Origin: Octopus bimaculoides
Lineage: Eukaryota
DNA length: 64,000 nt
Assembly: GCF_001194135.2 (NCBI RefSeq)
Contig: NC_068982.1
Span: 19,713,842-19,777,841, forward strand
Direction of reading: 5' to 3'
Shown here: positions 1 through 12,826 of the stretch, one piece after another
Position numbering within the stretch: the stretch's first letter is position 1
Layout: each line of letters begins with the position of its first letter
Position numbers and translations under genes: made by a program
The notes under the pieces: generated by a model
Told to the model about the DNA's origin: nothing
The model's input: the letters and a program-made list of their open reading frames with translations, nothing else
Databases searched by the model: none

Positions 1-1268
1 TATATATATATATATATATATATTATGTTTGTGTGGAGGTGTATGTGTGCATGTTAGTGGGTGTGTCTACGCTAGTGAGTGCGTGTGTGTGCGTGTATGA
101 GAACGGCTGTGCACTCATGACCATTATTAACCATTGCCCATGCAAAATGCCTCCAATGCTCTTGCATGAAAGTATTGTACTTGCAACCGGCTTCACTCCT
201 GTTCACGCCCACAGCTTCTATGCTCACTACGGTGTCCTCTTATTCAACCGCCATTGGATAATCGCCTTACCAGCTATTGTGCAACTTTAGGTTTTTAGGT
301 CCAATAATGTTTGCAGCAACTCGCGCTAATACTTTATGAATACTTTGTAGAGACGCAACCCAGCTAAATAGATTGTACAAATTGTACAGTGAGTACCACG
401 AAAATGCACGAAGGTTGCAAAATCACTTCTTGCTACCAGTCCATCTTGTAAATCCTAGGCTTAAATAACGAATGAACTCGGTATAAATTTTGTATATAAT
501 CTCAATGTATAATAGTAAAATACACACGCACACATACACTCAGATATACGCACGCACGCACACGCATACACTGTGACACGTGCACGCACGCACACACACA
601 CACGCACACAGACACAGAGAATTGAATGATGATTAATTCATGATTTACTCAGCTACCTACGTTTCAATAGAATTGCATGACTGAATATGTTGCAAATTAT
701 CGATTAAAGTAATTGAGAACATTAGTATTCTTTTCCAAGTTATTTCACCACTGCTAACACTGTTGAATATTTTAAGGGAGTTAGTACTAAATTTGAGCCA
801 GTTTATCAGTACATTTATACTTGACCATTTTCCAAGTGTGAGGGACAAGGAGTAATAATTCTTTATAGACAAGCTTAGGCTTCCTACCTATCAGATCATG
901 GTAGAATTATAATTTAATCCATGATGTGTCCAAGCACACCAAGCGTCTAGATGAATATAAATAGCCTTACACAGTGCATCTCACGTGTATATTTTAGTTT
1001 ATCAGTATATATACAAAGAAATGGTAGGGTATGTTGAAATCAATATTTTTAAGAGATATATTATTCAGGTGAAGATAGAATTGTAATTTGACCGGTAATA
1101 TCTCTCAAAATATATACAAGGAAAATAAGACGGACTGAGTTAATGAAAATTTTAAAAGAAAATATTCGTGAGATGGCATTCAATATATACGCACGTACGT
1201 ACATGCATATGCACATACAAACTTACATACATACATACATACATGCATATGCATGCATGCATATGTAC

Positions 1269-1484
1269 CATCATCATCATCATCATTGTTGAACATCCGC
1301 TTTCCATGCTGGTATGGGTTGGACTCTTTGACTCAGGACTGGCAAGCCAGAAGGTTCCAATCTGACCTGGCAAGGTTTCTACAGCTGGATGTCCTTCCTA
1401 ACGCCAACCACTCTGAGAGTGTAGTGGGTGCTCTTAACGTGCCACCGGCACGAGGGCCAGTCAGCCGGTACTGGCAACGACCAC
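1269..1484 (-). mobile_element. SINE/LINE 3'-tail fragment (family E), (ATG)n tail
   Basis: (CAT)n followed by ...TTCCATGCTGGTATGGGTTGGAC...GGATGTCCTTCCTAACGCCAACC...GGTGCT; a diverged second copy at 33259-33440. Orientation inferred from the simple-repeat tail. Confidence 0.65.
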
Positions 1485-1622
1485 TTATGTATCTATGTAT
1501 ATATACATACATATATATGTATATATTCATATATAAAATGTATATTGCATGTATATGTAAGTACTTGTGCGTATACATATTCAATATAATGTATGTATAT
1601 ATACACACACGTACACACGCGC

Positions 1623-1664
<42 letters not shown>

Positions 1665-2888
1665 ACACACAATACTTCTATGGCACCTGTTTGTCTTTAA
1701 ATGACCTTAGAAATTGGAATGTAAGATTTCAGCATTTTCATTCCGATTTGAAAACAACCAAGAAATACATTATAGGAATGTACGTACTCACAAGGGAGAA
1801 AAGAGGGAGAAGTTGACGATGGAAGTCAGAAATAGGAATCAGAATAATTAAATATGGATGGATTCAATCAAGTAAAACATTACTAATTTATTCATTTACT
1901 ACACAGCATTTTGAATGAGGTAACTCCAATCACATAATGGAATGCTTTCCAAATTGTCACACACAGAATTGTACCCATATACATTCGTAAGTAATTAATG
2001 CAGCACAAATTTGATAAATATATGCACGCACACATGCACACACGGACACGTGCACACACACACATGCACACACGTGCACACGCACGCATGCCCACACATA
2101 CATGCATACACAAACATGCATAGTTACCTCGCCGCAACACAATTGCATACTCTTTTACAGAGATACGCACAGAAATACTTATACCGGAATATACTGAAGA
2201 ATGACCCCACTACAATAAGATGCAGTTTAGCAGAAATACAGATAGAAACAAATATCCGCTAGAATATGCATTGATATGGATCTTACTTGTCCAAAATTGT
2301 TACACTGATTAGCAAATGCAGACACAGACACTCACTCGCACCTACTGCAATATAAGAGTAGTAGCCTCAGACGTTAGAAGTAAAATGAAAAGTTAGATCA
2401 AATATTGATTTACATAATTTACATGAGTCACGGAGACTTGAAAAATGAAGAGCTCAGTGAGATAACTCTTCTTTCTGTAAATATAGATTCACTATATGAC
2501 TATTGCCTTATCAAATAATTGTTTGTTGTGGCTCTTATTGACGTAAGACAAACTGACACACCCACACTCACCCACACATGTCTGAATTATATGTGCAGAA
2601 CAAAGCTTAGCGAGATTTGAAAGAATTATTTACTCATACTAGATACGATTGACGCTTTATACTTTAATTATATTTGTACATTTGGGGGTTCCGTATATCT
2701 TTTTTTTATTGAAGAACATTTGGTAATATAATTTTGTGTCCGATTTCAACGATATATCGTCTAGCTTAAAAGAAGCGGTCGATAGTTCTTGGCAGTAGTG
2801 TTATCGACGATATAGCATCAGAATGCAGAACCAACATAGAAAGGCATCCTATGCGACGCAATAATATTCCAGCGACCTACCATATTCA

Positions 2889-2949
2889 ACTGGTGTTTAT
2901 TTTACGGCGCCAAAGGGAGGAATGGCGAAGTTGATCTCGGCAGGAATTA
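2889..2949 (-). mobile_element. Degenerate fragment of tRNA-derived SINE family B
   Basis: ACTGGTGTTTATTTTA...GGCGAAGTTGATCTCGGCAGGAATT resembles the minus-strand copies at 23374-23586 and 58245-58486. Confidence 0.4.
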
Positions 2950-3214
2950 AACATAGTGTGCTGAGATATGCAACAAATTGTTTTCTTTTTTATTGTAATG
3001 TAACAACATTGAAGTCTATTTCATTGAAAATCTCTCGCCTATATATATATATATATATATNNNNNNNNNNNNNNNNNNNNNNNNNNNNNNNNNNNNNNNN
3101 NNNNNNNNNNNNNNNNNNNNNNNNNNNNNNNNNNNNNNNNNNNNNNNNNNNNNNNNNNNNNNNNNNNNNNNNNNNNNNNNNNNNNNNNNNNNNNNNNNNN
3201 NNNNNNNNNNNNNN

Positions 3215-3251
<37 letters not shown>

Positions 3252-3897
3252 ATTCGAAATATATCTATCGCTTAAAATCGAGACCTGTCACATTTGTTTT
3301 AAAATGTGACGTAAGGATGTTTCGTTACTGCTTAGTAACAGTTCCATCTTTGTTGAACTCTCTTATGGCCAAAATCACTCGCGTTTACTTCGCCCCTATT
3401 TAGTACAGTCTAGATTTATCTCAGAACGGAATATCCAATGCGATCGCATTATGCTTTCCTGAGACGGTGTGTTTTGATTTGAGGAAGATATGATTTGTGG
3501 AAGATTTGCGGGTAGATCGACTGCCTAGAAAAGAAGATAATCTGAAAGTATAAACTATTACATTGAAGAGACTAATAAGCACAACACTGCACCACCCACT
3601 AAACCGCAAATTCGATCAACATGCAAAGAATAGTAGCATAATCTAATTTAAATCCTCAACTCTACGTTTAGATATAGTGTGAAACATTCGACTGTGAAGT
3701 TTTTAATATATAATGATAGTATGCATAGCACACTTTCATTAATAGGTCTCTTCGAACAGTACTAAGTAGATACTATACATCAGTAACTAAACAAGGGGGA
3801 ATGTGAAACGATTTAATACAAAAAGCAACGCTAAAACTAGAGACAAAACGGTAAGAACCATGAAATTATTTGTTATTATTATCATTATTGTTGTAAA

Positions 3898-4080
3898 GGC
3901 GGCGAGCTGGCAGAATCGTTAGCATTCCGGGGAAAATGCTTAGCGGGTCAAAATGCTTAGCGGGGACAAATGCTTACGTTCTTAGTTGAAATTCTGCCGA
4001 GGTCGACATTGCCGTTCGTCGTTCGGATCGATTACATAAGTACCAATTACGCGCTGGTTTTCAAAATTATCTGTATTATT
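3898..4080 (+). mobile_element. tRNA-derived SINE family B
   Basis: GGCGGCGAGCTGGCAGAATCGTTAGC head (A-box-like), GTTGAAATTC B-box-like, GAGGTCGAC and ATAAGTACC body; internal AAATGCTTAGCGG triplication. Confidence 0.8.
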
Positions 4081-5735
4081 AGGACAAGTTCGCGGCTATG
4101 CTGAATAATTTATACCAACACAAATAACAGCAGATGAATATATCTAGTTGATTTCCTCAAAAGTCAAAGAATTCACGCTGCATTTACTAGGTGTTCACGA
4201 ACGCTTAGATAAAATATGCTGAAGGAATCGATCGTTAGCTGATGAAAATTTCAAGAAAATCTAAGTCTTTATTTGACAAAGGGAAGCCTGATGGGATTTT
4301 CTGCTCCAGGGTATTGCAAAAAAGACGAATAGTTTGTAGGCCTTTATTTTGTCACACTCACTACAAGGTTATTTCAGTCAAATTTGAAGCGGTGATAATG
4401 GGACGAAAAATTTCCTAACTCCGAGTAAACTTCGTGGTAAATATGTATCTATGATTTATTTTAACTTTTGCTTTTGCTAATTGGATGTGCCACCCATGTG
4501 TTTGCACATCTTTTCCGACTGACGGGTCGATATGGACGAACTCGTCGATTTTCCTCATGAAATTATGTAACTACATAACAGGAGCTAAAACCTTGACCGT
4601 GGCTATCGAAAGTAAGATCATCTACACAGTTACTTAACCTGCTAAAGGTATCTACTAAATTACTTGAACTACACCTCACCAAATTAAAATGCAGAGTAGA
4701 ACGGCACATAAAATTATTTAGCCGACAGCATTTATATAAACGACAGTGTCATCCAACGAGACTACTTTGGATCAAAGGTAAAATTACGGAGTCTTGGGAA
4801 TTATAAACAGCAAAATATCACGTATTGTTACGATGCACATGAAGAGCTACCTGTTCAATATCATTGGGGGCATACATATTAACATTAACGTATCAGTCTT
4901 TACTCATTCCTGTTATGATATTTATGTTTTGCATAATTAATATAATTTCTCTAGCAGAAACCAGGCATGCGTTGATTCTGCTATATTTAGTAATTCATTT
5001 AATATTGTTTTTATAGCTTTATGTACACTAATTAATGCAGTTTATGAATAAATCATTATCATTATGTTCTTCCTGCGGTATTTTGTTTATTAATCCATAT
5101 TAACGCATGAGAGTGCAGAATTCTGTGTTCCTTGAGTAGACAGCATTTTGTCATTTTGTATTTGGTGTATGCTTAACTGTGTATTGAAAGAATAAGGTAC
5201 ATAAGGCACAGTGATGTTATTCTCAATATCTTCGTCTTGTTTATGTGTATATATGTGTTTAAATCTTTCTCAAGTTTGTTATTACTGTAGAATCCGTTTC
5301 TGCTTTAAATAATCACATTTTGTCTGTCACCATTTCAACTCTTATTATTGCAATTATTTATATTTTTTCTTTTGAGATACTTTGTAGTCCGCTAGAACTG
5401 ATATGTCGATTGGTATATAAATGGTTTTTTTATGGAGTATATGAAAAATAATATGTAGTCTACTTTCTAAAGTCCTCGTCTTCTTCCAATCGAATATCAT
5501 GTTATAATGGGACTTTCTTATTCTATCAAAACTTTTTTTTATGCTGAACATTTACCGCTTCTCTTTAAGCATTTTATTACATTGCATTAATTTCCACTGT
5601 ATGAAAGTGCCAACTTTGTCATGTCTATATATGCATTTTTATTGCTAAAAGTCGGAAACCGGAAACAATGTAATTGATTTTTTGTAATATCCCCATACTG
5701 TGTAATTTTATTTTCTATTATGTTACATTAATTAA

Positions 5736-5952
5736 GTCGGTGAGCTGGTAGAATCGTTAGCACACCGGCCAAAATGCTTAGCATTATTTCTTCTGGCTTC
5801 AATTTCTAAGTTCAAATTTATCTAATGTCAGCTTTACTTTATATTTTATCGGGGCCGATAAAATAAGTACCAGTAAATTAGTAGAATCGATTAAACACCT
5901 CCTATCAAAATTACTGGCCTTGCGCCAGCTATTTCTGGCTTAGAAAGTATTA
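5736..5952 (+). mobile_element. tRNA-derived SINE family B
   Basis: GTCGGTGAGCTGGTAGAATCGTTAGC head, GTTCAAAT B-box, GATAAAATAAGTACCAG body, GGCCTTGCGCC...TAGAAAGTATTAT tail. Confidence 0.8.
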
Positions 5953-6399
5953 TGTCACATTAAATAATTTGGGGACGCTTCTAGTTTAAAGTTTTTGTCT
6001 GTATTCAGAAATCCTTCAAACTCCGGTTTGATCATTGTACTTTTTCGCGTGTAGTAGCTTTTATCTTTATTCATTTGCATTCAGTTATATCACGTAGGCA
6101 CATGACGCAGTACTTGCAAGAAAAAGCTACCACGTGAAGGATTATCTTGTTACCATATCAGCAATTTTTCTATATGCCGTTTAGGAGTTAACTAGATTAT
6201 TTTCAACAGCCTCTGTTCTTGATTATCTTTATTACAATTATATGTGTAAAACTAAAATCTGTGTTATGTAAGTTGGTTTCTTTGAAGTTTGAAACCATCT
6301 TTTTGATATGCATTTATCATATGATATTCATATTACACTTCTGCCATTTCTATTTTATAACTATTTTTCGAGTGCTAAACTAGATATCGTATCATAATT

Positions 6400-8340
6400 T
6401 TCTAGATATCTGTTCCATTGTATTCTTTATAAGTACAGACGTTGTGTTTTCTGCATCAGGCTCTTTTTTTTATAATAATTAATAGATATTAAAACAAATA
6501 ATTTATAAAGGTAGTATATTACATTTTCTTCTCTACATTTTCTCAATTATATTTTTTTCTCTATATACACTTCGCTTTCATTTGAAGATAAGATAGATAT
6601 AACTTATAAGGAACAGCTAAAATATTAATGCATAGTACACTTAGTTTGTCATTTTGGTGTGTTTCAAGTGCTAATGTAATTTATCTATTATTTTCCTTCT
6701 GTAACCTTTCTCTTGTATGCATTGCAATCTAAATACTTCCCAAATATCTGAAGTCTTCCCCATATAATTTCTTTGCTTACGTTTCTCTATCTCACTTGCT
6801 ATTAAAGTGTTTATTATTGTTATTTTATTTTCCCTTTAATACCACTTACGCAAATGTTTCTATGAAATCCTCTAGTGAATTTGTATACAGTTTGTGACGG
6901 TCTTTCTTGTTGTTTATCATATGGAGGCTGAGCTCATCTATATACGTAATATGCAACCGTGTCCCCCCTTGTCATTTGTATTTGTATTATTTCTAGTGCT
7001 ATTTGAAGATGTTAAAAACAAGAAGAAAAGTAAATGGTGATATGGAATCTCTTCTAACGAAGGTGGAATTTGTTTTTATAATTCCGTGTTTGTATCTAGA
7101 GAATTATTTGTCATTTATTCATGGTATTTTTTATGTATATGTTTCTATTGATGATATTTTACTTATGCCCAACGCTTCTGTAATACATGAGCTGAGAACA
7201 TTGTTAAAAGCATCCTATGCCCAGGCCCTTCTTTCTTCATATACGTAATACTCATATGATATTGTTGATCAATAATGGACGTTTAACATTTCTTTTCTTC
7301 TCCTGGAAGTTGTTGCGCTCTGCTTATTCGCTGTAGAGTTATTGCATTAAGTTTCCATTTACTATTGGAAAGCAGGTTAGGTTTACATAACATTAAGGAT
7401 TTGTTGCTAGTTTCGACCTCGGGTTTAATCAGAATACACTTTTGCTGAAACATTCAGTATTGAAATTCCCCCTTTAGATATATTCACCGCTCTTTTAATA
7501 CATTCCTAAATACTTTCCTCTGCACTTAAAATGTGTTAGTTTACTATTTCAATCAAGAGTGGAACTTTATTATTTACTGATGCTTTTTCGGTTGTTTATT
7601 TTCTATAGTGTTTAAATACCATTTTATATTGTTATTGCTTCCAAGGAATGTTTCCGTGCAGCCGTTACTGTTTTTGAACATTCTCGCCCGTCACATTTTC
7701 ACCGGAGTTTTCTACTTGTCTTGTTTGCTGGAATCATATTGATTTCTATTTTCGCTTCTAGCTAGTTCATAAAACCGTTTTGATTCCTTGTCAAGCTTGT
7801 TTGGTTTAGTAAAAAAAAAATGCTATTGCTTCTCATAACGACGCGTTCTTTGTGATTTAGCGATGATCATTTTGTCGTAGTTCTTTGATTCTAGGGTACT
7901 TTCGTTTATCCTGCTTTCTTAATATTCTCTCTCATAGCAGAACTCTAATATAGCGTGATATTTTTCACTCTATGATATTATTTTCTTACTTCAAGTATAT
8001 GGTCAGTTTGCATTAAGGCAACAGGCGTTTCTTAAGATGGCTGTTTCTTAGCATAACAACTTCTAGCACTTGATATTGAAATGGTTTGTCTACGTTGAAT
8101 TTAAAACACCAAATTACCTCTCATTGTATTATTCGCTGTTTTAATATGTTTTCTTTCACATTGATCCATTGTCACCCAGATACATAAATACAATTCGAGT
8201 CATTGCATCAGCCATTTCATACGGTTCGTGTTAGATATTTCTTAGGATTTATTTCTATACTAAATTAAATCTTTTTCTTTTTTTCTTTTACATTTGCAAG
8301 CAAGAATTTCTGATTTCCAAACGCGTTTCTGGTTGGGTAA
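6400..8340 (-). mobile_element. Decayed non-LTR retrotransposon (LINE) ORF2 remnant, RT domain
   Basis: Minus-strand frames give RT-like motifs in the expected order: DAFNNV (~7195-7215; KAFDSV-like), VRRDSISPFTFLLVFNI (~7005-7065; GVRQGDxLSPxLF-like), HITYIDEL (~6930-6953; YADD-like), DFRYLGSI (6731-6755). Many stops and frameshifts; outer limits approximate. Confidence 0.65.
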
Positions 8341-9944
8341 TTTGAGAAATAAAGTAAATAATTGATGCAGAAATGAAGTTAATTAGCAGAGTGCAGTGTA
8401 CACATTTCCGCCCACTTCGCAACATATCTCGTATTTACGACGACGTTTTCTTTTTTTTTCTTTAATACCTTCAATGAGTTATGCTCATATCACTTGTTCC
8501 AAAACATGAGATTTTGTCGTTCACTTAAGTCACTACCGTTCTTTTCCAGCCATTTTTTTCTTGATATTCTTACTAAACTTATTTTATTTTTCCATTCTTT
8601 CATCTTGTTATTTTACTTTATTTCAATTATTTTTCTTATATTGTAACATCATGACAGTGCATATAAACGAGTATTCATATTTTATAATATACTTCATTAA
8701 TAATATTATATTACGTGATGTTATGTAGCTGTAAAGATATTATTTTTATTCGGTAATCCTACTAAATAATGATTACAGGCCACTTAAAAGACATATTTGT
8801 TATGTGAATATCACTGCTGAATGACTTCGACTAGTTATAATACCACCTAGCGCTAGTTTTGCTGTAAATATGATGTACTATAATCATGTTTAGCTGTGTA
8901 ACGTCTCATTTAAGCAAAAAGCAACAACGGCTTCTTTTAAATCATTGCTTTTAATTTCTTTTGGAAGTATATACGTTCGTAGAGACTATACATTATACAT
9001 GATTATGTCATAGTTTAGAGCTTGTAAATTATAAATCATTGCCAAAAGTCTCTAGTTTGTTTTCGAACATATTTGAGCAGTTCTAAAGATAGTTGGTATA
9101 TCTATACATTTATCACGAGATTAGTTTGTTTCCATAATTGAAATGATTCTCGAGATAAAAGTCTTTTTTTTAATCTACACGTATATACTAGGACACCCGA
9201 TTATACAACTGATATTTCTGATCAGCAAAATGCGGAGGTGCATAAGCTACTTAATGCTTTTTATTTCAGCACCAACAAACTCTTCATGCATCGTAGCATT
9301 CAAATAAAGTGGAACTGGTACCAAAATAATTATACAATTAAATGTATGTGTAATTACATGGACAAATACTTTAAAAAAACTTAATTAGATTAGTACTGCG
9401 TATGGTTACGAAAATATCCAGCTATTTTAGGTACCTTGTTGGTATTTCTGAAAACTTCTAAAGTCTTTCCTTTTTCTGTTATATACAGCGCCAGGTATAG
9501 AAATCATTTCCAACACCCATTCAGCTGACGATAAAAGGAATAGATAAAAAAAATTACTATGAACGAAACTCGACATATTTCCGGATACTATTTTAATTTC
9601 CTGTTACTCTGGGTTACTGTATTATTATTGGCAATATTACAGAGTCCACTAATTCGGAAATTACCAGCAATTAACCAACATTTGAACTGATGCCAACTTC
9701 AGCAAACAGAGAAGATGGCGATATAAAAATGATAATAAATTGTTACATGCTCATTTTGTTTGTTTTTCTTTTTTCATATTCTGATATTGTTCTTGTCTTT
9801 CGAAATTTTTATAATCCTGTTTGTTGTTATAATCGAGTGAACGTCTTTTGTTAGTTTTACTTTAGTTTTATTGGTGTTTGTGATCGCGTTCATGCGTTGG
9901 AGATGATATATATTGTTACTAATTCCTAATTTCAGGGAATGCTA

Positions 9945-9978
<34 letters not shown>

Positions 9979-12510
9979 CATGGCACTTTCCAGTTTATAT
10001 TTTATATATTCCATAGATATTATCACATACACAAAATGCATCACTTTTAACAGTGGAGGCGGGATAGATCACAAAAGATAACGTACTACTGAATAAGAAT
10101 TATGACTCGAATTTCATTCTCAAAAAGACTACATATTTTCTTTTAATCATCCACTGCTATGTGCTATCTATATAATGTTTCATTTCCTATATAAATATAT
10201 TTTGGAGTGAGCTTTAAAGTATATATTTTGCGTGAACTATTTTGAATTTTGTCAGTTGGTGATTTCAGCATATGAAAACAACTAAGGAAAATAGCAAAAG
10301 GAAAGCATCTCCCGATTCCGTCAACATCACTCCTGTGAATTAGATATTTTTAGATTACAGCACTTCGACCACGAAGTTCAATATTAGTTCCATTTCTATT
10401 TAGCGTTTTCATTGCAAACGTGTTTATAACTTCTACATACATATATTGATGCACACAACAATACGCATACATACAAATATACATACATCAATGCATACAT
10501 GTATGCGTGAATGCATACATACATACAAACGTACATACACACACATACAAATGGGTTTGAGTTTAGCTCTAACTGTATGCTGATTGATGGTCGGGTCGTT
10601 ATATATTAAAACAAATAAATGACGTAGGGTACATTTGACAACGTCCTGTTTATATGAATTTCCTCACCGTATTTTTAAGATTTCGTGCTTATTTCTCACT
10701 AGTTACCCCGTTTCACATATAGCTATGATCTAACGTATCGTCTGTATTCATTTTGTTTGTTTTTTTTATGTGCCATACGACCAGGATCAAATTATCCGAT
10801 GTTTCGTTCTTTTCTTCCTTTTTATTGATTATATTAACATGTCAACGCATTATAAACACTACTTACGTTGATAGTCTACTAGTACTAAATTAGGGTGTCG
10901 CACGAAAGATTTTTTCGCTTTCTACTTCCACATCAGAGTATTTCGAGAGAAGCCGAATGAACTTATGGCGACATTTCTGTAAAGAATATCAATAAACAAT
11001 GATAACAACAATGAAAATAAGCCTTCCAAATGATTAATTCCATTTTGGGAATTGCAAACAGAATATGACGAATGTAATTCAAATATTAGTTGTCAGAATG
11101 GACAGCAAGCTGATTTAATCCAAATATATATTTAGTATGATCGATAGAGTTGTGCAAAAGCTTCGTACATACAATACAATCATAGACATGCAAGACATAT
11201 GCCAGTGTATTACTGAATGGACATTTATGAAAGCGTAGCTTGCTCAATACATTTTCGTGAAAGCCCTCGTAATTTCTTGTCATACATGTTACTTATCCTC
11301 ATACTGAATAAACTGATGGTTACTGTGATGAAAACAAAACAGAAAAACAGTACTCTATCCTATATACAAGTAAAATGAAGCGAATTGCCAAATTGAGAAA
11401 AGCACATCCATTCTACTTACTCGCACTCATTTTTAAGAAGAAATCGAAGTATTTCTATAGGAGACTAACAAATACTACAAATTAAATAGTGACTACCAGT
11501 ACCTGACATTTATTATCCGAAATATCACAAATAGCATAGATTGTTCGATAAGAGGAAATACATAATGAATACGATTAATGTTAAAAGAAATTCCAGTGAA
11601 ATATTACTGCAAAGAGACTAAGAGCCAGTAGGGAAAATTTTGAAATAAAATACGTGAAGCACTGAGTCCTGAAAAAGAAATATACTGACATGTGTATCAT
11701 CTGTTATGATGGCTTCAGAAGAAAACACTCTTTCATGCACAATACATCGAATCAAACCTCACTGCAATACTACATGCAACAGGTTTATCGCTGCAATTTG
11801 AAAAACTGTAGCGCTTTCGTGATATTTTATTTAGTTTCATAAGATTAAATGACAGAAATACAAACACTATAATGGTAAACTTGTCAAGTCTCTGTGTGTT
11901 ACCGCAAACGCCAAATATTTCACACAATGCGGAAACCACAAAATGGTGAGTCATCTGCCACAAATTACACACAGCTCTACCCCAAGAAATCACAATTTAC
12001 AACCTTAAATAGAGACATGTAGTATAATTTATTCCCAGGTACACAAAGATACTGAATATTCACAGCTCGCACGTATTTATAGTTGCTTGATTTAGGATCA
12101 TATCGGAATAAATGGTAACAGTGACTGCGAGAAAAATGACTGCATCCGTATAAAGTATGTATTTGGTTCTAACAATGATTTTAGTTCTCCCGATAGAATA
12201 ATATTAAAACAGATGAAGCTGATGCATATGAGATGATAGACTTGAGGTATAATAGTTTAAAACTGTAGAAATTTTTATATATCTTTCAGAAATTACAATA
12301 TATAATTTTCAGAAATTATTATACATATTATGTATTTGTCAGAAATATTTATATTTCTCGGAAATTATTAAATATTCGTTTCCTTCTAATGGTCAGCGTA
12401 ATCAACTACGCAAATTTTACTGATAGCAGTGTCAGGTGACCATACTCTTTATTGGGCGATAATAAAACAATGTATTCGAAGTCGGAATATCAAATATATA
12501 TTCACTCTAA

Positions 12511-12826
12511 AGTGGAGGCGCAATGGCCCAGTGGTTAGGGCAGCGGACTCGCGGTCGGAGGATCGCGTTTTCGATTCCAAGACCGAGCGTTGTGTGTGTT
12601 TATTGAGAGAAAACACCTAAAGCTCCATGTGGCTCCGGCAGGGGGTGGTGACGACCCCTGTTGTACTCTTTCGCCCCAACTTTCTCTCACTCTTTCTTCC
12701 TGCTTCTTGAGTAACGCTGCGATGGACTGGAGTCCCGTCCAGCTGGGGTGAACACATACGCCATAGAAACCAGGAAGCCGGGCCCATGAGCCTGACTAAG
12801 CTTTAAAAGGGCGCATAAATAAATAA
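12511..12826 (+). mobile_element. tRNA-derived SINE family C (head shared with family D, different tail)
   Basis: GGAGGCGCAATGGCCCAGTGGTTAGGGCAGCGG A-box, TTCGATTCC B-box, tail GCGATGGACTGGAGTCCCGTCCAGC...GGGCGCATAAATAAATAAA. Confidence 0.85.

Noticed and set aside
100-250. Minus-strand open stretch (EDTVVSIEAVG...EHWRHFAWAM)
   Set aside because: Protein-like but unrecognised; lacks a good splice acceptor and is bounded by a stop
1168-2262. ORFs rich in CVCV/HTHT/YIYI (also 27356-27821, 29763-31391, 41648-42641)
   Set aside because: Dinucleotide repeat artefacts; several other listed ORFs simply run through N gaps
4239-4258. Other CTGANGA...GAAA hits (4239, 36860, 44176, 59121, minus strand 53031)
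   Set aside because: No credible stem II and/or no stem I/III pairing; expected by chance
9270-9343. Exon-like segment (TTTCAG acceptor, GTATGT donor), one open frame
   Set aside because: 74 nt, no recognisable protein similarity, no compatible neighbouring exons found
11733-11993. Minus ORF containing FSNCS, and a plus-strand GTGAGT donor at ~11946
   Set aside because: The motif is too short to indicate a metalloprotease; no HExxH or other support
12511-12590. tRNA-like sequences (also 3898, 19416, 24067, 32249, 61820-61897)
   Set aside because: They continue directly into repeated SINE bodies and lack a proper acceptor stem; not tRNA genes
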